Assembly: GCA_002633005.1 (NCBI GenBank)
Contig: NMRA01001162.1
Span: 1-45,408 of the forward strand
Length of the DNA stretch: 45,408 bases
DNA from: Phoronis australis
Taxonomy: Eukaryota > Animalia > Phoronida
Direction of reading: 5' to 3'
Shown here: positions 35,915 to 45,408 of the stretch, piece after piece
How the letters are laid out: each line of letters begins with the position of its first letter
Position numbering within the stretch: the stretch's first letter is position 1
Made by a program: the position numbers and the translations under genes
Notes under the pieces: model-generated
Told to the model about the DNA's origin: nothing
The model's database searches: none
What the model saw: the letters and a program-made list of their open reading frames with translations, nothing else

Positions 35915-38900
35915 TAGTCCAGTCATTCTACGGATAACCCGGAAAAAACTGCAACGGAATTTTTTATTGCATCACTCGCATCCTTTCACACCCCTCAGTG
36001 GGAAAAAAGTCTACCGGAATCGGAGTGGCGGAAGTTGGTTTTTCAAGATGGCGGACAAAATGGCCGCCAGATTTTCTGATGCTCACTATAACCCAAGAGT
36101 GGAATGTGATATAGTGAAATTTCAAAAAGGTTTATCTATGTTTTGTGGGTCAACAAATCTATTGGAAATGGTTTTGCATGGCTGTGGTGATACCGTCCGT
36201 CATTTTCCAAGGTGGTCGCCAAATCTACTTGAGTTGCACAACTTCGCACAAACAGATTAGTGTGTCGTCTTGCTTCAAACGTCGCATCATATGTTTTCTG
36301 GGTTCACTAATCCATTGAGACTCATTGCATTTGGCACTAATGATTACTTCTACCATTTCCAAGATGGCGCACAAAATGGCCGCCAGATTTGCAGTTGATC
36401 ATTTTCACTCGAGAGTGGAATGTGATAGAGTAAAAATTAAAAAAGGTTTACCTATCTTTTGTGGGTCAACAAATCCATTGGAAAAGTTTTGCATGGCTGT
36501 GGTGATACCATCAGCCATTTTCCAAGATGGCCTCCAAAACTATTTCGAATCGCACAACTTCCCACAAACAGATTAGTGCTTCTTGCTTCAAACATTGTAT
36601 CATAAGTTTTCTGGGTAGACTAATCCATTTAGACTCATTACGTTTGGCTCTAATGATTACTTCCACCATTTTCTAAGATGGCCACCAAATAGTTACTACA
36701 TGTAAGAATATCAGATTCCAGAGAAACGCCATATCCTGAGTTTTTTTTAGGTCAGCACGTCCATTATAATAATTTTTGTGTGGCTCTTGATGGTTACGAC
36801 TAACATTTTCAAGATGGTTTAACGAATAACTTATTTGGGTGAAAAACATCAGGTTTGCCTGGACTGTAGGATCATTCTCCCCCTGAAAAAATGTGCTGTA
36901 TTGAAAATAACTCTCTGCAATTAATTTAGTGATCTACTATCCACACTGTCTGTGTCACTTTCAGTTAGTTGTAAATGCTAGTGAATCTATGCACAATCAA
37001 CCAGTATTTACACAGCTAAAACCACGGCATTCTCCACATGCAACCGAGTACGGCAATCCTAACTTCTTGCAAGTACATATCTTGCAACTGTAGTTGGTCT
37101 TACAGGAGCATCTCACTACTTTCAGCAGGTTCTCTGGTGCTGCTGACTGGTCCGACGTCGTGGGAATGAATTTTCCACCTGCCAGCACCCATCCCCAATA
37201 CAGCGAGTCTAGGCCACTGCCACGGAATTGTGATCGCTTTATTGCTCTTGATAATATGTCCCGGCAGCATGGAATTTAGGTACTGGAGAAAGTTGGTGAT
37301 AATGACCCTATTTGGACTGTGGCTAGTCTGACACCACATCCACAAATGGGCTGTATCGCAAGTCATCCAAATTTCCAGAACCAGTACTGCCATGAAGCAC
37401 AGATACAACTCTTACCTGAGCTTCAAATTTGCCTTGCCTCAGCTGCATGTGTCTGGTGAATACTCTTACTAGAGTTTTTGCAGAATTCTCGATCACGCAG
37501 TTTCTTGAATGGGAGAGCCTTTGCTAATACCGAACAGCTGTAATGTTGTGTTGCAACCACCTATTGCATGCGCAAATGGCAAAACTGCTCAAGTTTTGGC
37601 ACCAAGAGACAACTGTAGTTCCTTGATGTCCCAGACTCTCCTCTTGCTTTGGTGCCTCTTGCCAAATTTCGTGAACATTGGAATTTGTTGTGAAGTGGCA
37701 TGGCAACGCAAAAGAACCAACAAGTCTGTATCGTCTTCAATGAGGGTAGTTGGACCTTGTGCTGCGTTCTCTACTGCTGTTTCTACACTTAAAACATATG
37801 CGTCAACTTGAGCTTGTACCACTGTGCAACCAGCATTTCCTAGCAAACTTGACAAGAAGTGAATGAATCGTTGTTTGTTTTTGCTCTTTGCCAAAAATGT
37901 TCTTTTTTACTTGATCACCATGTCACCATTGAAATGAACTTCAGTTCCAGCCACTCCACCTAGTCTTCGAACTTGAGAGATATCTTTAGTTGATGGTCCA
38001 TCTCAGTAACCATCAAAAACAACAGTAGGTGATGTAATCCACAAAACCTCTACCAAATGACTGAAACATTGCACCTCTAGGCCATGGAATACGGTGAAGG
38101 AGAGAACTGCAGTCGATTACATGCATCATCGTGTTTTCTGGAAATTGAAATCCTCAGGTAGTCCCCCACTGGACCAGAGTGCATCAGCTCATATTGATTT
38201 ATTAGCGACTCTGGGAAGACCAGAGGTATCAAAAAGAGCAGGACAACCAACACACAGCTCAAACTTCAAAAGACTTGATGAACTTTCACTGTTGTCTTTT
38301 GCAGCTGTCAGGATTCGCTTAAATAGCAGTCGTGGATCCACTTGCGTAAAATTACTTTTAGCAGCATGAACTGATTGAATTGTCACTGCCTTAACTTTGT
38401 CTTTCTTTCTGAATGTGAAGTCTTTCACACTTGACCCCTCCATAGACAAGTGAGAACCGCATTCTCCACTTCCCTGGCATTTTCGGCACTGACGCATGTG
38501 CCTGCGGTCACACCAGTGGAAATGTTCTGTAATGTTTCTCTTTAAAATGGGTTACTGTTGTGGAGGAATTCAACAAAGCTGCGGAAGTCCTTTTTTCGTC
38601 ACGCGACTTTCTTGCCTGGGTACATTCTTTATGCTGCTGACTTGTTTCACAACTCAGGTTTGTCACAGTCTGCATGGCACCATTTACACTTGAGCATGCC
38701 GCAAGGAAAGCAGCCACGGTGCACTCTGTGCATCTCCCATTTCGCAACCTCTAGTTAAATCTCCTATTGTTTTAATACTTTTCATGAGCGTTTGTTCAAT
38801 TACAATATCATATCTCATTATGACAAGCCTTCCCAGAATCTGTCACTTTGTCTTATGGTGTGTTGGCCGTAGACGTCTGGATGGGTGTCTTTGAGTTGCT

Positions 38901-39935
38901 ACGTCTGCTGCAAGTATATGTATGAAGACTTTGCATTAGAGTTGTGACCAGCAGCTGCAAAGTAAGGCAGCATTTCAGAAACTGCTTTTAAGCGAAACTT
39001 TCAATCTGACTTTATTTCTGCTTTTAAAAAAGTCGAAGGATGTCAGTCATCTTCATATACTCTAGCCAAAGACTAATGATTCGACTTTGCAAGGACAAGT
39101 CTGATTTATGTGCTTCGAATTTTTATGGATACCCACAAGACACTCCGACGAGCATACATCGTCGCACACAGACGTCATGCCAGCAATAAGATCATCATTC
39201 CGCTTCAGACCAGCTCTCAAATCATCATGAAGAATATCATTGGCCATTGATTCTTCTGACGAACTATTCTCTGTCACTGCGAAGTCCGAAGACCTATACT
39301 CTGATTCAGTCCTGTTTGAATATACCAATGGCGGTAGGACGGAAGCTAGAAGTGAACTCTCCCAAGGGCATTCTAATGTAATCCAAGGTTCAAAATCGGA
39401 AGACACTGGCTGGGCATGGCATGCCCCAGGGTATACATCTAGTTATGTGATCAGTTGAGATATCTGGGATGTCTGAAGAATCTGTCTCCATATTCTGACG
39501 AGCCAAAATTTGTGTACAAGCATTGGACTGCGCCACCTCTCGGCATGGAATCTGTGTGTTCTGTGTTGGTGACATTCCGGACTCCTAGAATTTCTGAAGA
39601 ACCTGAATTTTTTTCTTCATTGGTTTTGGATTGGCATTACTTGATCTGTCAATATTTGAAAGTGGGATGTTGAATGTTCTGACTTTTATGATGCATTCAG
39701 TGCTGAGTCTACCAACATATGCCCTCTCACTGTTCTATCCACACTTTTTCCATTTAACATAAGGATCACACTGTTTGATGCATGCACCGTCTCAAGAACT
39801 TCTTGCTTGAAGCTCTGTGCCTGATATAACGTATCCAATACATCCCAGAAAGCTCATCTCAGTATGAAATCTTCCAAGCCTGGCTAAGAACAAGTGACTG
39901 CAGATCACTGTCGTTTTGTTTGCAGGCACTAATTT
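35915..39935 (-). mobile_element. Academ-type (AcademX-like) DNA transposon, decayed and 5'-truncated
   Basis: Minus-strand remnants in order: RLGRFHTEMSFLGCIG (transposase), KFELCVGCPALFD, VVFDGY, DDTDLLVLL and HAIGGCNTT (XPG-like), and RCSCKTNYSCKICTCKKLGLPYSVACGECRGFSCVN (Cys-rich finger). Terminus TAGTCCAGTCATTCTACGG at 35915. Confidence 0.8.
36044..36820. repeat. Subterminal tandem array, ~316-bp units built from ~160-bp subunits with a CAAGATGG core
   Basis: Units start at 36044, 36360 and 36674. (C/T)AAG(A/G)TGG cores recur at 36044, 36208, 36360, 36523, 36674 and 36810. Confidence 0.9.
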
Positions 39936-42900
39936 CCTCTAAAACTAATTTCTTCTAAAATCAGTTACCTATGTTCATAAAAAGCATGCATATCAAACGA
40001 ATTGTGAGTCCTAACTATTAAAATTTAATAAACAACTTTTTGTTACACAATCGTATTTGCTTTTCATCAAATTCAGGTGAAATCAGCAGCCAAATTCTCA
40101 ATACATGCCAGCAGCAGACGAAATCGATGCTTGGGAACAGCTAATAATATGACCAATAGCAGATAAAAAGTCACTTCCTGGCCAATTTTATTAAGGGTTT
40201 GTGTAATGAATGAGCCAATAACTCCCCCAGAATAACATATTTTTCTAACAATTCTTATTTTTGATACTTCAAATGAACATATTTTACAGAAAAATAATTG
40301 AGTTTGTGAAATTTATTATGAAAATTTAACTAAAGCCTTTTCTGAAAAACACACAAACTTTATGTTATATAATCTAAACTGTGATTAAAATTGGTTCTGT
40401 TGCAGGTTGTACTGTGATCAGCGATGTGTTAGTAGTTGTTAGTGTCATGGCTAAACATGTAGTCGCCGTCATCGTGGGTGTCACTGCTTCTATCGATTTC
40501 ATCTCTTAACTTTTTCTTTCGAATTCGCGAACTTTCGCTCTCATGAGCGCTTTTCATTTCTCGTTTGCTTATTTCTACGCAAGCTACAGGTCGCATTTTT
40601 GCCTGGTCGATATGAAATTTTCAAACAACATTTACAGTATAATGTAAAAAGCTTCAGACCAAGATTACCACAGTTGCGGCCATTTTTCAGAGGACTTTTC
40701 GAGCCAAGCCTTGCCGTCTTATATTTTTTGCATTTTCGGATGTATCTCATATCCTTTTGCAGGATCTTTTAACGTGACGGGATAATGTTGCCTTTTGAAC
40801 GGACCTAACTACCACTTTTTGTTGTATCTTTAGAGTTCATCGGCAGATTTTGATGAAATTTGAATAATAAGTTTCTATTGAAGAGTCAGTAACATGTTTC
40901 CGTTTTCGATGGGATCCAACGTATTGCACGTCAGGTTGTGACCATTTTAATTTTTGCTAGTCTGGCTTTTGGTGTCCGCCTCTCCATCCGCTAATTCACT
41001 ACAAATTACAAACATTGGCATATGTGTTCCTGCCGCGGAGCGTATGGTTGGTAATGATTTGAAGATGGGTCTGACTATATCAATTCAACTACAGTTGTGT
41101 CTCCGATGGGCAAATACTTTGCGTTCAGGTATATGGGTAGACACGTCCCCTGCTGAATCTACAAACCGCTCGAAGATAGTTATGACTATTACACGGGTGA
41201 GAAACAACATGACCGCCTGTCCTCTTAAATCGGACCGCCTCACCCAAAACAAGGACCTCCGGGGATCAAAAGGCACCGTCGAACCAAAAACAGTTGTCTA
41301 TTATAGAGACATATTATGTCATGTTTAAATTTTCCACTAATTGGATAAAAATGAGACCTGAAGCGAGCGAAAAAAGAAACAAACGCAAACAGTTGATGAC
41401 AAAAAAGAAACATAGTTGGCTTTCGCCAAGTAATAGGCAATTATGAATATAGAACTCGTGAATATTAAATTCTCTCGGGAAAGAGACGTGAACAACAGGA
41501 GGGATTGTTTACAGCCAGTCAATACGAAATTGTCCGATGCATATATAGTTAAAATATAATTCAAACTGATTTTTCTATCTAAAGTTATTAAAAGTGTGCC
41601 AATAGTCGGAGAAGGACCATTGCTAAATTCACTGTTAGTATTTGTTGTTCGCCGATGATCAGGGTTCGTCACTGCCGGGGCCGTGATCATCCTTACAAAT
41701 GTGCCTCATTTCTCATTTTCCGATGTAGAATAATTGATCTAATGGGTGACAGCATGTGTCCAGCTGCATACGTGGACTCAGGAGCTGTAGTTGAANGAGA
41801 GAGAGGTTGTTTATTGCACTTGGACCTAAGCTCATTTGTACATATTACATTGCAACATTTGGTATAGGTGGCAATTTCATGTCCGGGTATTCAATACATA
41901 TATACATATTTACACGTTACAATGTTAGAGTTTCCTGTACAATACCAAAAGCCTTTAATATAAATAAGGATAGTCTTTTCAAAAGATTTCCAGAGTTTGT
42001 TTTGAATAAGTATTTGACGTTTTCGATGTCAGTATATGCTGTCGGGATATTTCTGGTAAAAAATCTTTCTAATGTCGTTAAGTACGGGGCAGGTAAGTAA
42101 TAAATGTATTTCGTCCTCAGTTCCTGAACGGTTGCAAATTTCGCAAAGTCTATCTTCCTTTGTAATGTCATGGTGCCTACCAGTTTCTATTTTCAGTTGG
42201 TGTCCAGAGCACCTGAATTTGGCTAAAATTCTACGTAGAGTTGGTGGTAAACTGTAAAGATATTCTTCACAAGATAAATCTGTTTTGATAATAGAGTAAA
42301 ATGAGCACTTGCTAGAGCTCTACACTGATGTCCTCCATTCTTGGGCACCACAATCCAACAATCATTGCTTAAATTCTGATATAAATAAATCAATGTTACC
42401 CGGTCCACTTATCCATACCTCCCCAAACCCGAATAAAATAAAACTGAATAAAATATCTTTAACTGCACTGGCCCAATTTGCTCGTCCTTTTTCACAGTCT
42501 TCCCGCAGCATCCTGTAACTTTTCTTTTGGGTATCTGTGGTTATTCATCTGTAGAATTTTGGTCCAGTAGATTATTGGTCTGCACAAGCATTTCACAGAC
42601 AGTAAATGACTGCCGCATTCTCCTCTGGCCATAACGTTACTTGTTTTCTTTGGGACACCAGCAACCCATTTACAGAAATCATTGTGAACCCTTTCGAATA
42701 TACTGTACTCCATATCTCAGCACCATATAACAATATAGGAAGTACTATACTATCAAACAATTTAAAACATACATGCGGGGATCTACACTTCACTTTGGTT
42801 AAACATGCTTTTAACATGTTCATTGCTTTTCTAGCTTGTAAACTGATATTCTACAATTTTCATTCCATTTTAATCTGCAAGAAAATGTCACACCAAGATA

Positions 42901-43408
42901 CTTGTGATAAGATTTCGTTTCTGCCAATTTCTTATTGTAGAACCACCGTTCTTGTGCCGACAGAGTCCCACCTCGCTTGAAGACTACAATATTTGTCTTA
43001 TCAAGATTAACACAAAGACTCCAATCCATAAAGTAGTTATGCAATACATTTAATTTTCTCTGGAGACCAGGCACTGTGTCCGCCACAAGCACCAAATCGT
43101 CCGCAAACAATAACGAACTTAATTCACAATCATCACACTTGATACCTCGTCCTCCATTTTCTTTGACCTCTGACACCAGTCCGCTAACAAAAACAGAGAA
43201 TAACCTAGGACTCGGTATACACCCTTGTTTCGCACCTCTAGTACAATCGAAATAGGGTGTGATTTGATTCTGTATTCTCACGCACGATTTCACTTCAGCA
43301 TAAATATTCCTCAGGAGATAGAACATTTTCCCATGGAGATTATTTTTTAACAAACAATAAAACAGACGTGTAGTTTCCAGACTGTCAAACGCCTTGCTAA
43401 AGTGCACA

Positions 43409-43629
43409 AAGGCACAGTACATTTTCCACCTCTTTTTGACAAATTTATGTGGGCCAAAGCTTGTAGAACAAAAATGTTATCCACGGTCGAGTAACCCGCC
43501 CTAAATCCGCTTGTTCCNAAGGCACAGTACATTTTTCCACCTCTTTTTGATAAATTTATGTGGGCCAAAGCTTGTAGAACAAAAATGTTATCCATGGTCG
43601 AATAACCCGCCCTAAATCCGGCTTGTTCC
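43409..43629. repeat. ~110-bp tandem duplication across a single N (43409-43517 / 43519-43629)
   Basis: Both copies run from aaggcacagtacat to gcttgttcc and meet at N43518. Confidence 0.9.
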
Positions 43630-45259
43630 TCAGGGATACATTGCATTGCATCCGACCACTCAATCAGCCTTCTGTATAATATTGATGTAAATAGCTTGCT
43701 TATGCTCTGGCTATAACTGAAATTCATTCATGATCCTGAGGCATAAGGGCAATTCAGCATTTTTTCTTTTTCAATGCTTATCATTTAGCAAAAGTTTTCT
43801 GCTAGCATTTGGCTGGGCGTCTAGTGGTGGTTCATTTTTCACAAATGGTAAAATTATGGAGTTCCATGCTATCACTGAACAATTAGTGCTGCCTCCAATA
43901 TGTGAGGAAAGCAAATTATACTTCTTCATTGAATTGGGCCAAACACCATTGTGAACTAGAGAATGCCTTGATTAATAGACTCGTGTGAAATGAAACAACT
44001 AAATGAGTCTGTACTGTCAATAAATCAATATCAATATAAAAGACCTATGAAACACTAAGAATAAGTGAACTCCAGAATTTTGATGCATTGATGATATGTT
44101 ATGAATAGTTCAAGAAATTCCCCTCACAAAAGGTTTATGGATATCATGCGAACAACCAGAAATGCGATAAACAAATGGACATGTTGCAGTAATGATNAAG
44201 AAATTCCCCTGTAATTATTTGGGTTATTTTTGTCTCCTTTCTTGTAGATTAGAACGATTATACTCTTTCTCCAGTTCTCCGGGAATTTTCCTGTCGCCCG
44301 TACCTTGTTGAATAGTTTGCATAATACTTCAAGGATGTCACCAGTCAGTGCTTTGAAGAGTTCGTTTGGAATGCCATCTTCTCCAGGGGTTTTGTTGCTT
44401 TTAATTTTATTTATTTCCCGATTGATTTCGGACATGTCAATTTCCTCATTAAGTTGTACCAGGATTTCATCACCAGGTGTGTTGGCACAGTCATTGCAGC
44501 TTTCGTCGTGCTCTCGTTTTTCGTCCAGCAAATTATTAAGGAATTCCCTATTTTCCTGTACAGGCTCAGTGTTCAAGAGTTTTTCAAAATAGTTATATCA
44601 TTCGTTCGACGAAATATCCGCTTGTTGAAAATTGTTCGGATTTATGATTGACTTCACGTCTGCCCAGAATATTCTTGGATCTCTCACTGAATCCCATAAG
44701 TTCTTTTCCATTTGTTCGTTATAATTCTTCTTTTTTCACGACAGGTTTCCTTAAATTGACTTTTCGTATCAATATAATTACGTAGTGTATCCACACACTT
44801 TGTGGACCTGAAAAGTTTCAATAAATTATGTTTTTCTATTTTCTTTTGCTCGCAAACGTTGTCGAACCACCTTGGCTGCTGCGTGTTCACTACGGGTTTA
44901 TTGCTTATTTTCATGTCAGCGCCACAAGCGTTGAATAATTCATTTATTAATTTAACTGCTTTGTTAATATCCATATCGATGGCTGAAGATATTTGGGATA
45001 ATTTCTCGGTGGTGTCAACGCTGCCCAGTCTATTCTTATAACTTGAAGATTTGTGTGGCTTCCAATTGAGTCGGCGCAATGGGGTTGTTCTGGCACTAGT
45101 GTTCGATCCGTCTGTATGAGCTTCCGTATGTTCTAGATAACGTAGAGTACACATAATAGGGAAATGGTCTGACTGGTCGTAGTTTAATACTTCAAAGTCA
45201 TTGATATATTCGAACAGAGATGCCTCGGCAATAACATAGACAATAGTGCTGCATCCTCG

Positions 45260-45408
45260 AGTGGAGACGAACGAATAGTTTCCTTCTCTGTCTGAGGGGT
45301 ATCTACCGTTAACTATGTGCGTACCATTTACAGCACAAAATCTGGCAAGTTCTTTGCCAAAGTAATTAGATTTCGCATCTTGGTTGTTTCTTGGTTTTTC
45401 AAAATTAT
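45260..45408 (+). repeat. Direct repeat of window bases 1-149
   Basis: 142/149 identical, same orientation. Confidence 0.95.

Larger units (their letters stand above)
41797..45408 (-). mobile_element. Non-LTR retrotransposon (RTE-X/L2-like, clade uncertain): APE end + RT + C-terminal region, decayed; runs off the window
   Basis: Minus-strand motifs GCSTIVYVIA, KTPGEDGIPNE, NYRGIS, QAGFRAGYST, GAKQGCIPSPRLF, LLFADDLVL, YLGV, LPILLYGAEIW and EIHLLLTCP. The 3' end has AATAAA plus a (CT)n tail at 41797-41820. Interrupted at ~43715-44197. Confidence 0.9.

Noticed and set aside
36044-36820. Possible CRISPR-like array or repeated coding unit (ORFs 35823-36260 and 36325-36576)
   Set aside because: Whole units are homologous with no unique spacers and no cas genes, in a eukaryotic context. 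The ORFs are by-products of a transposon subterminal repeat.
40500-41790. Several short ORFs between the Academ element and the LINE
   Set aside because: I could not recognise any motif or consistent exon structure, so the region is left unassigned.
43409-43629. Biological duplication within the RT
   Set aside because: The copies abut at a single N, the signature of overlapping contig ends.

Overview
AT-rich eukaryotic (probably invertebrate animal) draft genomic DNA with one 551-nt N gap (28924-29474) and single-N joins at 727, 26632, 41796, 43518 and 44197. I reconstructed one spliced host gene on the + strand by hand: 9 coding exons from 5412 to 33571, GT-AG introns, all phases consistent, 990 nt or 329 aa. 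It encodes a secreted protein: signal peptide, CAP/SCP (CRISP/Antigen5/PR-1) domain, EGF-like domain and a ~66-aa tail that may be FN3-like. Exons 1-6 are well supported; exons 7-9 are more tentative. Introns and flanks are filled with decayed transposable elements. These include several non-LTR retrotransposons (CR1/L2-like, I-group-like, RTE/RTE-X-like), two related Kolobok-type DNA transposon derivatives in opposite orientation (THAP remnant plus P2X7-ballast-like KolX remnant, TTAA target sites), a hAT transposase fossil, and an Academ-type transposon with ~160/316-bp subterminal repeats. The first and last 149 nt of the window are ~95% identical copies of the same LINE endonuclease segment, 45,259 bp apart. 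I see no prokaryotic features (operons, CRISPR, rRNA/tRNA). All family assignments come from recognising motifs by eye; no database searches were run.
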